Positions 1 to 12,206 of a stretch of DNA of 64,000 nt are shown in pieces. The position numbers and the translations under genes are program-made. Source of the stretch: Epiperipatus broadwayi (Eukaryota > Animalia > Onychophora); NCBI GenBank assembly GCA_028023455.1, contig JAQFVV010000005.1, positions 5,332,001 through 5,396,000 on the forward strand, written 5' to 3'. Position 1 is the stretch's first letter; every line of letters starts with the position of its first letter. The notes under the pieces are model-generated. The model had not been told where the DNA came from. It did not search any database and was given only the letters and a program-made list of their open reading frames with translations.

Positions 1-36
1 TCAAAATATCACATATACCAATCTTTCCCACATAAT

Positions 37-300
37 GTTGTTGACTATGGTTATTAAAAAACAAAGACACCAAAATGTATAGATACTGAACTGGGTTCAG
101 AATAGTATGACTATACAATCAAATTGGCTTGAATTGAAAATATTATCATGTTTTCAATCTTACCCATAGAATGATGGTGACTATGGTTATTAAAGAACCA
201 AAGACACCAAAATGTAGAGATAATGAACTGGGTTTAAAATTGTATGACTATACAAGCAAATTGGCTTGAATTGAAAATATTATTGTGTTTTCATTTTGGA
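37..300. repeat. ~137-bp direct duplication, with a third partial copy at 981-1045
   Basis: aagacaccaaaatgta(t/g)agata..gaactgggtt..gtatgactatacaa..aaattggcttgaattgaaaatattat recurs at ~63, ~200 and ~982. Confidence 0.8.
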
Positions 301-366
301 CTTACAGCTTTATAGTTAAGTAAATAGGTAAAAGGTAGCTGCTGGAGGTTTGCATTAGATCTGAAA

Positions 367-545
367 ATCTAGATGCAGTGCTCTCAGATCCAAAGCCCCT
401 CATCAAAAAAAAAAATAACAAGCTAGAAACTAGTTTGGGGATATTGGATAAGTGGGTACTAAATAAAAATTGTGTATATAAATCTTCTGCTATCCATTGA
501 TTACTATGGCTTGCACTGGTGAAACTTCTGTATAGAGAGTTTGCT
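367..545 (+). mobile_element. Family-1 HHR-bearing short element, catalytic 5' core overwritten by an A-run
   Basis: cccctca..(A-run)..caagcta GAAAC TA GTT tggggatattggata. Downstream sequence aligns by eye with the arms at 53297-53590. Confidence 0.7.
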
Positions 546-1140
546 AAGATTTCAAAATATTTAAATATTTAGAAGGGGCATATACATTTCATAGTGCAGA
601 TATTTTCATATAAGATTCTCATATTCAAATACAATATTATTTGAATTCATATAGTCAACATGATTATACAATACTTCGAAAAATCTGAGGATGCCATTAT
701 ACATCTTGCTTGAGCTTCCAAAATATCTGAATTAAATATTATTGATCTCTGTGGACTATTCTTGAAAAATACATCAGCAATCAATATCTTTCACTGATAC
801 TTTTCAGAGAATATAGTGGCCATATACCTTATTGAAATTATCAGATATCATTACTATGTGTAGTTTGTGAATATGCATAAAGTAATAGTTTTAAATACTC
901 CACTACAAACTCATTATACTATAGACTTCTATAAATTGTGAAAGAATATTAAGGGAGAATCATTTACTCAATAAGCTAATAAAGACACCAAAATGTATAG
1001 ATACTGATCTGGGTTCAGAATAGTATGAGTATACAATCAAATTAAGAAGAAAATAATATGAAAGAATAATAATAAAAGATATGTTAGAAATAATTAGAAA
1101 AAGAAAGAAAAAAATATATTGAAAAAGGAAGTACAGAAAT

Positions 1141-1500
1141 TGTAATAAAAAAATAATTAATGACTTTTGAAAAAAAAAAAAGATTGGTTAAAACAGATTA
1201 GAATGTGAATTATTAAAAGTAGAAGATAAAAATAGAAGAAATAATAAAATTTATATTAAGAAAATTATAAAATAATAGTGAAAATAAGGAAAGGAAATTT
1301 AACATAGATTTAAGAAAAATAAACTGATAAGTACTGAAAAGCATGGATTTCTATTAGTTTACCAAGTTTGATAATAATAATAAACAGAAACTTGTAAATG
1401 GATATCGTCATTCCAATTCCGAAAAAAGAAAGGGGAGACAAAGAAAAAAAACTATTCTAGAAATGAGTTTTGCAATGACAGTACAAACCAATCTGTGAAA
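1141..1500 (+). pseudogene. Highly decayed non-LTR retrotransposon RT fragment (Jockey/CR1-like)
   Basis: Purine-rich stretch with an 'EKHGF'-like remnant (gaaaagcatggattt). Very degenerate. Confidence 0.3.
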
Positions 1501-3260
1501 CACAAATATTCTCACACAAATAGACTATGCTAATCTATGTTTCTGTTCACTTGATATTTTACAGATATTGCCTATTAATTCCTTCAGCAGAAAATCTTTC
1601 TTTCTGAAATGATTCTATAGCATGTCTAAATTGTAATATTGTATTCTATTCTCTGCCATATCTAACCAAAGTAAATAATTGGCATTGCACTTCCTTACAA
1701 TGTCTTTGGGATAATCCATATAACATAGGCAGGGTCAACCTTTACCATGAAAATCATTCCTATGTTCATCATAAATCAAACTTTCAAGAATTCTTCTATT
1801 GTCATTCATTTTATATATTCAAACCAAAGAAGATATGATTTTACAATACTGGACTCAATATTATCACATTCAGCAAACGGAAGAACAAATTGAATGGTTT
1901 TATGATCTTGCCATTGTATTTTTAAATCTTTATATAGCATCCTTAAATGAAACTTTTCTAATGCATTTATATTGGTTAGATAAAATAACAGCTGCATATT
2001 TATTCAACTTATAGTTTCAGTAGTTATTTCTCTATGATGGAATACTCTATCTTTTAACTTGTCAAAAGCATCAGCAGCTCATTGGAGTGTGTATTATAAC
2101 TCTAACATCTACTTCCATTTTTCTACTTATAGCAAGATATTTAAATTGGTTTTCATTATCAAAGTAATAATCAACCAAGCTAAAAGCCATTGAATATTTT
2201 CCTTCTGTCCCAGAGTGATAGAAAACTTGAGGTAATTAATAAACCACATATCTTTGTATGTTGCATTCGAAACATTAAGACCATTCTGCAAATTCTCTTT
2301 TGAATTAATGAAAATATCACAATCAACAGCATATTGTTAATGCAGAATCCAAGAAAAAATTCTCTTTTTCCCTTTTTATTGATTAAAATTAAAAAGTTCA
2401 TTATTAAATCTGTATCATATCTTGTTCCCTGTTTGATTAATATGTCTATAAACAAGTCCACTGTCATAAAAAAAATTGAAAATGTTTCGGCAAGTATGCA
2501 TCCTTGTTTAGCACCAGTTTTTATTTCAAATGCTCCAGACTTGCTAGCTGTATTAATAACACTTTCTCTCATTCCATTATATGAAAGCTGCATAATACCA
2601 ATAAATTTTGATTGAAAACCAACTAATTTCAAACAGTGTCATAGATTTGTCCTATTAACTAAATCAAATGCTTGACCAAATCAGAAAAGACAATATATAA
2701 ATCATTATTTTATTCTCAACACATTTAATCCTTTTTCCTGGAACAAAAATCAAGTTTATAGTGCCTCTTGATTTTCTAAAACCACATTGAGTCTCTGATA
2801 ATTATTCATTTATATCTGGAAACAATCTATTCAACAAAATTCTTAAAGATACCATTGCTATAGTGGATAATGATGATATTCCATGACAATTACTGCAATC
2901 TTCTTTATTTCTGTTGATTTAGAAATCGGAGCATTAAAAACTCTGTTTTAACTTTGTTAAGCTGGATATCTTTGTTCAATTCTAAATGAAGTAAATAAAA
3001 TAGATATATCATTAAAACTATCATCTCAATTTTTGTATCATTATTCAAATAAAATTGATCAAAATATTTCTTCCACTTGGTCAAAATATCACTGTTATCA
3101 TATAAGAGTGTGCCACTGCTGAATTTAATAGGATTGTGATACTGTTTCTCAGATTCATCATGTTGCTTTCAGTATATCAGATTTAGAATGTTACTGTTAG
3201 TAACAGTCTGCATCTTTTTTGAAGTTCTAATCCACCAATCATTTTAAAGCTTTTTTTGTC
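1500..3260 (-). mobile_element. Degraded RTE-clade LINE (RT region), copy 1
   Basis: ORF 2180..2632 contains KFIGIMQLSYNGM...FEIKTGAKQGCILA. Upstream, ETQCGFRK/RGT and KAFD-like remnants. Nucleotide similarity to 6010-7130 and 33380-35090. Confidence 0.85.
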
Positions 3261-4328
3261 AGTCATTGAACTTCTGTCCTCACATCATTAAAATATCAAC
3301 CAAGTTTAATAGCAAATTTAATATTCCATTTAACTTCTGATGCAAAAGATGTAAAAATAACAATATTTTCAAAAATATCACATCTTAAAATATTTATGGA
3401 CTGCATAAACATATATGCTATCAAAGATATTATATTTAACTTTTAAGGCGATAAAGTTTTTGAATTATTAATGTTATACTGGGAAACATAAAACATATTC
3501 TATTGAAAGTTACAGATTTGTCATAGATTAGTGTGTGTATTTAAATTAAAAAAAAGAAGTAAATATGTTAATATTTGTAATCAATATGTTTGCCAATAAT
3601 AATAATAATAATAAAGACAGAAAAATTTGGAGAAATTGTTCTAAAACGAATTGTGGATTATGGTTTTGGACAGGTAACTAGAAAATGTGGATCATGGCCT
3701 TGGGCAGGTAACTAACTGATGGTGATGATAAAATTGACAATCATTTGTATGTGTACGAATATGTATAATGACACACACGAAATAAAAAGTTAATATATGT
3801 TTGCAGATACTTCTGCGATATAAATAAATTAATTACAAAAAAAAAAAAAAAACTATAAAAGAGTTACTTAATCATAATCTTTTCATCTAAAGATGTTTAA
3901 CCGACAATCAATATGTCAGATAAAATATTCCCTTAGCAACACAAACAATTTTACTTCAGAAAATAATAATAATAAAAAAAATATCATTATTAAGGCTATA
4001 AATATTTTTGTGTTCGAAATTAATTTACTGAAATGCATATAAAACATTAAAAACAAGATAAATATGAAAAAAAAAAAAATGTGCAAAAGTTTAAAAATAT
4101 ATGACAATATTACAAAATATATTCAACCTCAGTAATAAAGCAATGAATAGAATAAGTTTTCAAAATCTATTAGTTAATTCATTAAAATTGATTAACGGTA
4201 GACAGAATAATAAGATCATAATTTATGCTGATTGATCTGAAAAATAAAATATTTATATACAGGTATATATATATTTTTATAAAAAAGGATTATCAAAAAA
4301 TGAATTCTCAAATAAAAAAGATATATGT

Positions 4329-4396
4329 GACCTTATATTTAACAGGTGTAAAGTTTAAGTAAGACCTTATATTTAACAGGTGTAAAGTTTAAGTAA
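4329..4396. repeat. Perfect 34-bp tandem duplication
   Basis: gaccttatatttaacaggtgtaaagtttaagtaa x2. Confidence 0.95.
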
Positions 4397-4813
4397 ATAA
4401 TGAAAGATACAACATCTAGTTTTACCTACTACATTTTACAATTTAATAAAATGATCAAGAAATTAAAAAAAATAGTTAATGAGTTGTGCTTTAGTAAATC
4501 ATATGCATTTCTGAAAAAGTATAAAAAATATGCCAAGTGCAAATTTTTCCCTTACAAAATGTTATCGACTTAAAATAATTATACCCAGGTCATTATTACA
4601 CAGATTTTAAAATATTTTTATATGTTAATTTCAATTGTACCATGTTTTTGTTGTTATTATTGATATTTTGAATTACTATTTAAGTGGATACATCTGAGAA
4701 TTGGTTTCATGGAAACTTAAATTAATTGTTTACTTTTGGAATGTTTTTATCAAATATATTTTATTGTGCAGTAGTTGTCGTTTTTATCCTTTTATTTCTC
4801 AATGCATTGTCAA

Positions 4814-4894
4814 GCATTGGTGGTCGAGAGGTCAGCGACAGCTGCTTTACAAGCAGTTGTTCCGGGTTAACGGGTTCGCTTCCCGGCTGATACT
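4814..4894 (+). tRNA. tRNA-Val(TAC)-like cloverleaf (pseudogene or SINE head) with an 8-nt insertion in the T arm
   Basis: Acceptor GCATTGG/CTGATAC (1 mismatch). D stem GTCG/CGAC. Anticodon arm GCTGC-TTTACAA-GCAGT (TAC at 4848-4850). T arm CCGGG-[TTAACGGG]-TTCGCTT-CCCGG. Confidence 0.65.
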
Positions 4895-4903
4895 ATGACA
4901 CAT

Positions 4904-4922
4904 GAGAGAGAGAGAGAGAGAG
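4904..4922. repeat. (GA)n microsatellite
   Basis: gagagagagagagagagag. Confidence 0.95.
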
Positions 4923-5160
4923 AAAAAATGTTATTTCATTGATAAAAATTTATAATTATGTAAAAACAGATACAATAGTTAATTTTTTTATTTAATAGAT
5001 TCAAACTTCAAGTATTTCTTGAAAACCTATAATAACTATTTTCGAGATTGTTTATTAATATAATTGTAATCTAAATATTATATATATAAAAAAGGGAATA
5101 ATCTTGTGTGCAGAGGATTTCAATTTCAATAGAGAAATAAAAAAACTATTCAGTTTTTCG

Positions 5161-5249
5161 TATCTTGATAGAACCGATCAACGTCTATTTTATTAACGTT
5201 ATTTCTATCTTGATAGAACCGATCAACGTCTATTTTATTAACGTTATTT
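5161..5249. repeat. 45-bp tandem duplication
   Basis: tatcttgatagaaccgatcaacgtctattttattaacgttattt x2. Confidence 0.95.
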
Positions 5250-6009
5250 TTACCACATTAAAGAGTTTTTTTTTTTTACTAATCAATATTATAAAAAGAT
5301 GAAATATGTCCTTCAGTATTTCTTAATAATAAAACAAATGTAAAAAGAAAAAGTTTTTTATGGACTTCATGTTTCATGCAATTTAGAGCAGTTACAAAAT
5401 CCAAAGTTTTTGAATCAAAGCCCAATATGTCATTTCTGATACTTGAACATCCCATGACCTTTTAAATAATTAACAAAGAAGTTAAAGTTTATAAATTTGG
5501 ATACATCACATTTGTAGAAAAATAGTGTTTTTGCAACAAATATCAACATATCATTTTTTTTTAAATATATAAAAACAAGAAATAACTGAGGTTGGCCCTA
5601 CGATAGTATGAATGGTGTGACCATACTATACTCTGCATTTATCAAGGCACTATGCCTGAATAATCTATGCTTTCTGTGCAAATCAAAAAATAAAATGTTT
5701 TATTACTTGCCTGTTTCCATTTTTTTTTTTTCTGCAAAAATTGTGTAATTTGGAAGTCCTATCACATTGTCATACAATTGTAGTTATGTGGTATATACAT
5801 TTTTCAGCTAAGTTGCATATGCTTAAATATTACACAATGTTCTGGACATGTTAATGTGAAATCAGCATAAGTCAAGAATAATTCTCTTATTTGTAATAAA
5901 GCATTCAATGAAAAAATATTTTTTTGCATTATACGTATTCTATTCTGTGTTCTCAAATATTCATTCAATAAAATTGCAGTAATTATCATGGAATTAATCA
6001 TTATACTTT

Positions 6010-7130
6010 CAAAAAAATTGTTGAATGTTGTTTCCAGCTATAGATGAATGATTATCAAAGACTCAATATAATTTTAGAGAATCAAGAAGCACTATAGACA
6101 TGATTTTTTGTTGACAAGCAATGCAAAAAAAATGTTGGAAACTTGTGATTTATATATTGCTTTTATTGATTTAGTTAAGGCATTTGATTCTGTTAAAATG
6201 GCAAGGTCTATGGCATTGTTTGAAATTAGTTGATTGTCCAGCAAAATTTATTTGTATTATACAGCTTTTGTATAATGGGATGACAGAAAGTGTTATTATT
6301 ACAGTTAGATACTCTGGAACATTTGTAATAAAAACTGGTGTTAAACAAAGATATATACATACTTCCAATATTGCTTTCAATTATTATGATAGTGGTCATT
6401 AAACAGGGATCAAGATAGGTATAGGTTTGATAATGGAATTTTTTAATTTGATTCAATTAAAAGTAAAAATAAAAACTTCTTTGTGGATTCTGGATTTGCA
6501 GTGTGCTGATGATTGCGCTATTTTTGCAAGTTCAAAAGATGATTAACAGAATGTTTTTAATGTTTTAAATGCAATATATAAAAACTGATTTACTAATTAA
6601 TGTTTAAAAACTCGGGTTCTTTATCTATCAGTGACTGAAGAAAAATTCTTAACAACTTTTTAGCATAGAAGATTATCCACTTGAAAGTGTAACTCAGTTT
6701 TAATCCCTTGGTAGTTTTATAATTAGAAAAATGGACTTAGATATTGAGGTACAAACTGCCTCCAATCTGTTGCTGTTGCTTATAGGAAGTTAAACAACTG
6801 AGCATTTTATCACAAAGAAATAATTACTGCAATTGTTATCTGTGTAAAAAGCTGTTATTTTGTCTAATTTATTATATGAATGTTAAACTTGGGCATTCTA
6901 TTGGTGTAATGTAAAGGCATTAGAAAAGTTTCATTTAAGGAAGTTCTGTAAAATTTTAAAATAAAACAGCAAAGTCATAAAATCAATCAATTTTCTTCGG
7001 TTTGCTGAATATAATACTATTGACACTTTTGTTGAATCAAGCATAAAAAATAAATGAACAGAAGACTTCCTGAAAGGGTATTTTATAGAGAACTTGAGCA
7101 TGATATTAGGATTATCTGGAAATATCTTTT
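6010..7130 (+). mobile_element. Degraded RTE-clade LINE (RT region), copy 2
   Basis: ORF 6184..6402 contains CPAKFICIIQLLYNGM...FVIKTGVKQ. A CADD motif (tgtgctgatgat) lies at ~6504. Confidence 0.85.
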
Positions 7131-7813
7131 AAAAAAATTTTGAGATATAGAAGATCAAAAAAGAGATGAAATGTATTTGAATCAGGTTTAGTCTGAATTG
7201 AAAAAAAAAATATTATTATATACAGAGGAACCTCAATGCATCTTTTTTTCCCCTGCATACTTTTTGGTGATAAAACTAACCCCATATAAATGACTTTATC
7301 TGTTCCTAATTCCATCTATCTTATTGCATTGATCATTGACAAATCATGGTTCTGATGCAGCATTTTCTTACATTGGCAGTTTTTTTTTAAATTTTAAATG
7401 ATGTACAATATTCTTGCTCTTTTCTTTTGTATCAAGTGAATATTTGATAGCATTATTGTTATGTTTCATCATGGATGGATAAAGATTCATCACTTTTGAG
7501 CTTTAATTCATTTGAAGTGGTTTTGGACATTCTCAAAGTATTTTCATGTTTTATTTATTACTCTGTTTTATTATATTTTATTCCTGTTATTGTTTTATTT
7601 TCTTTGTTACTGTTGCTGTATTTATTTTATTATTGGTGGACCATGTCTCAATATACACAACAATTTAAAATTCTATGAGTTGTTTGAATAACTGTGAAAA
7701 TATTTTAAACTTCAAAACATCATTCTTTGAAAAGAGGCACAAAGTTTTTATTAATTTAAATTATAAGTTTTACTTACAAAATATCAGATTTCCCTGCAAA
7801 CAATGGTTTAAAT

Positions 7814-8555
7814 CAAGAGTGGGCAACTTTCCCAATGAAGGATCAACTTACACATATCTAATATAGAAAAGGGTTATAATTTTTAGGGCTTCAAAATGAA
7901 ATAATGTAAAAATAAAATAAAATTATTGATTTTAATAATTATTATTTCTGCATTAATTAATCAGGTATATTACTTTATAATTTTGTTTTACAATCAAAAT
8001 ATGCACTGGTCCATTTTTTTTTATATACATGCTTTTCCATATAATAAAAAAAAGTAAAATAATAATAATAAAAACAAATAAAATGTTTGTGTTTTACTTT
8101 TACTTGCTGCCTGAAATATATCCAGAGTTTACATGACTTCACTGTGTAAGCACATTTACAGCAACCACACAACTATATTAGTTGACATATTATAGATGTC
8201 ATTGAGGAAACACAATTATCTGTACTTTTGAGCACTCTAATCTGAAAACCATTTAAAAAGCACAGAATGGTTCTGCTCTAACTATATAGACTTGTTGGAT
8301 TGTCATTAAAGATAAATAAACAGTTGAAATATTTTTATCTAAGAATTGTGTGCTTCATCATAACTGGAATAATTTCATTGTGAATAAAAATTTTAGCTAT
8401 AGGAATTTATAAGCAATATGTATTTTTTAATGGTATATTTTTAAAAAAAAAAAAAAAAAAACATTTTATCAAAAATCATTTTACTATATATATATATTGA
8501 AAATGTACACAGTATAGATCAAATTGGCCTGTAGGCCAAAAGTTGTCAATTCCTG
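7814..8555. mobile_element. hAT (Charlie-like) non-autonomous element/MITE
   Basis: TIRs CAAGAGTGGGCAACTTT / AAAGTTGTCAATTCCTG. 8-bp TSD gtttaaat/ttttaaat (7/8). Subterminal ggcctgtaggcc resembles the Charlie GGCCCGCGGGCC motif. Confidence 0.75.
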
Positions 8556-8729
8556 TTTTAAATATACTTAATGTATTGTACATGTGTATTTCAACAAATA
8601 ATAATTAGTAAATTGTTCTCATCAATACTTTTTAATATTTTTCTGAAATAATGAGTGTTTGAATATATCATGTTTGTTCTCCACCCTCTTCAAAAACCAT
8701 CATTTAAGGTTTTAAAATATTATCCTTCA

Positions 8730-9235
8730 TCATATTTCATTGTAGATCTGGTATTTTTAGATCTTATGTCTGAATATCCTACAGCTAGAATCCAGTCTGG
8801 GGATAAGGATATTTGAAAAAGCTTGTTAAGAGCTATTCACACTAATTATATAACATTTGTAGTACAAGCTTATTTAATTAAGTCACATGACATATGAATG
8901 ATTTCTGTGCAATTATAGTTTTGCTCTTGAGGCTTTGGTGATGTTATATTGCTAAAGCTGTTAATATATGGTGTATCTGAACTTAGTATGGCTATTTAAG
9001 TTAGGTAGCTGTATTTGAAGACATATAGATGTCTGAAAATTTCAGCTTTTCTACTTAATAGTTAATTATTAGAAAAATGCTGGGCTTGACCTGGTATTTT
9101 TAGATCTAATATCTGAATATCCTAGCACCACACTGATGATAACCAACAGCTAGAAAATGGTCTGGGGATAAGAATATATGGAAAAGCATGTAAGAGTTAT
9201 TCATACTCATTATATAACATTCATTGTAGACTTGA
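8730..9235 (+). mobile_element. Direct tandem pair of family-1 HHR element units
   Basis: ctggtattttt..agatct..ctgaatatcct..cagctagaa..gtctggggataag..tatataacatt at 8748 and 9091. The first copy lacks 22 nt including CTGATGA. Confidence 0.8.
9125..9168 (+). ncRNA. Type I hammerhead ribozyme motif, family 1 (partly decayed)
   Basis: ccaca CTGATGA TAAC CAACA GCTA GAAA ATG GTC tgggg. Stem I pairing to tgggg is partial and helix III is mutated. Confidence 0.6.
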
Positions 9236-9555
9236 TCATAGTAGTTTAGCCCAGAAATAAAAAAACTCAGTTCAAATGTAGTTTAAATCCAAAGTGTACT
9301 CATATCATTTGATTTTTTTAGCAACTGACAATGCAATAAATATGCTAGGTTTAATGTTTTTCTTTTAATAGCTTATGTATATTTTGTGAACGTTTACAAT
9401 ACAAAAGCTAATTGCATTTCATGAACATTTCTATAGTGTAGATTTCATTATACCACTCTCACACAAGGTAGGGAATGTTTTCTTATCTGCTTTTAATATC
9501 TTGTGAAGGAGTGTAATCATAAACATATATCCGATGTCATGTGAAAAAGATGGAT

Positions 9556-9610
9556 AATCCCCCAAGATATACATTTTGTGCTGAATCAGCACTCATCAGT
9601 TGGCCCAGAT
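9556..9610 (-). ncRNA. Type I hammerhead ribozyme motif, family 3 (G12 mutated to A)
   Basis: Minus strand: atctgggCCAA CTGATGA GTGCTG ATT CAGCAC AAAA T GTAT A TC TTGGgggat. 6-bp helix II with G10.1-C11.1; AUC site. Confidence 0.75.
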
Positions 9611-10414
9611 CGCATTTTCTTACACATATCTTTAACATTGTTCAGTATATATATAAGGAATTACTACAGTTTAAATGCTAAATGTCAAACTTACTGCCCT
9701 CATAACTTTGACACAAATCACTTGATGGAAATAAAGTAATAATTTCCCTCTAATAAAAGACTAATAAAAATTATTAATTGCATTTCAATTTGTGAATATT
9801 AATAGCATATAGATTTTTTTTTCCACACCGGAAATTTATAACTGCTAGGGAGAGTTAGTATCAAGTATATAAGTAGATTATCCAAATCTTATTTTAATAC
9901 CAATATCTTTTTTTTTTTTTTTAAATCAAATTTAAAGAGATTTTTGTTTCACTGATTTTTTTATATTTAAAATATCCTTTAAATAAAAAATATCCAAAAG
10001 ATAATTGGAGTGCACTGAACCTAATGTATATCAGATGTCTTACATTGACTACATAAAATGTCTGGATATTTTAAACACCAATTGAATTAGATCAAATAAT
10101 GGATAATAAATGGTTCAGTGTTACAGTACCAAAAATAATAAATTTTGCTTTATTCCAAGATCCTTTAATAGCTCTGGAATATTCAACCACTGCTCAAAAC
10201 GGTAAAGGGTATATGATTGATTATATTATTTTAAATTCTACAACGTTTCAATTTTACAATTAACAATAGAAAATAAAATAATTTCTACTTGTTAATATTA
10301 GAGTAATTATTTTTCTACATAAAAGGATTCTAGAATTCTAGTTTAAAGCAAAATACATTTTTTAAAAAATGTATTTCCACAACAGAAAAATTACTATAGA
10401 TTTATTTTGTGCAG

Positions 10415-10508
10415 ATGCGGTAGGTAAGAGATAAAAAGTATTGATTTTCTCCCGAGTTTCTGTAACAGATTGAAATCTACTGAATACAAGCCGACAAGCA
10501 TCACTCAG
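10415..10508 (+). other. Candidate micro-exon(s), 10415-10419/10423 and 10469-10508
   Basis: ttttgtgcag|ATGCG(GTAG)|gtaag and tttctgtaacag|...actcag|gtaaaa. One open frame (LKSTEYKPTSITQ). The implied intron is only 45-49 nt. Confidence 0.25.
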
Positions 10509-11269
10509 GTAAAAACGACAAACCATGATAAAACCTCACCGATTGATTTCAGATTTTATAAGCTTAAAATACAAACAGAGATTGGGAATTAAATTTCAAA
10601 ATACACACATGATGTTCCTTTAACAAATTACTGGTATTTATTGTGTGTCTATATATATATATTGTTACTTATATAGATTTTAACACTTTTACAGACAGTT
10701 GACATTATTTTATAAATTATTCATGTCATTAGGTACAAATGGTTGCAAGATTTTAAATAATGGCTGTTGATCAAGATTATACATAGATTTAAAATTATTT
10801 TATATATTATTCATTTTGTAGTTTGACTTATGAATTACTAAACTTAATTTTCGATTCCTCTTTCCATTTAATTGTATATATACTGAATATAGTTTTATTA
10901 GTTTTTCTTTGCTTTTCTATAATGCAAATAATTCTTACCGTATTAAACTGTCTGGTATAATCCATAATACAACTGACTTAAATTTTCTGCGATAATATTT
11001 TTGTAATTCGTGGGGCAATATTAAATGGAATTTGGATAATTTGAATGCAAATCTTAATTTGTAATAGGCAGACTCTAACAGAAAAAAAAAAAACCTATTT
11101 ATTAACTATCTTTTTTTTTTTTTTAAGATTAGTGCAAAAATGACTTATCTTTCAAGCATAGATTCCAAAACACTACAATAGATAAATCTGTTGCCACAAC
11201 TGACAAACTATAAAATTCTTGCAGCTTAATAGAAATTGATCTTTCAAAGCAACCTTTATTACTAAAGAT

Positions 11270-11890
11270 TACATATAACCTTTTCGGGTCCACTTACCCG
11301 ATGTGATTACAAAGCATCTAATGTACAAAAAAAAAACCCAAGACAATTATAATCTTGTTTACAAAAGAACACATTCCAGACAACAATCATGTCCACAAAA
11401 GGGTTACTATAATCTTGCATAATGTGTATCTGTACATGGCCCAGCCACTGAGAAGTTATCCATATCCCAATGATCCCACCCCAGGGCCCCGGGCTGAAAA
11501 ATTAAGCTTCAACTGAATAGGAGGACAAGTCCAGCATTGTTCCAACCACACAATAGATGAGGTCCAAGAACCAAGTCCACAAGACCCCGACCCACAGCCA
11601 AGCCATGCAAAGACCATTCTGGATACCTCTGTCTCCCAATTTAACAGTACAAATGTGCCAGGACCAAAACCAACAAGGGAAAGCTAACAAATGAAGCACA
11701 GATCTGCACTGCTCAAAACCAACCCATCAAGGAGGCACAGCAGCCCATCAGAGAGGAAAAGGTCACAGCAACTTTGACCAGGTACCATCCCAGCAGGTTT
11801 TCAGGTAGCAGCAACAATTGCCAACAGCCCGCACCATAATCCAGACCCCTAATGACCACCACCAGCCACCCCTAAGGAAGAAAGGATGAG
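11270..11890. other. GC-rich island, probable interspersed-repeat remnant of unknown class
   Basis: Sharp GC increase. Interrupted Pro/Gln-rich frame on plus. Hairpin tcgggt-ccactt-acccga near 11284. Confidence 0.4.
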
Positions 11891-12206
11891 TGCAGATTTA
11901 TGCCCATAATTTCAATGGAAAATGTGTTTCCTGGATCAATTAAAAAAAAAAAAAAATTGAATTCAGCCAAATTATGAATAAAAACAATGACTACATCTTG
12001 TTTTTCTGAAGGTTTGTGATGATAGTGTTTTAGCTGTATTTTTATATTGGACTATTTCCATCATCTAATATGTGTGTTGAATATCTTTAGAAAAGTTTAA
12101 TTTTATTTAAATATTCCAAATGCATTCAACTGTTAGTAATATAACAGCAAATAGGTTAGTATATGCACCAACTGTTAGTAATATCACATCAAACAGCTTA
12201 GTATAT

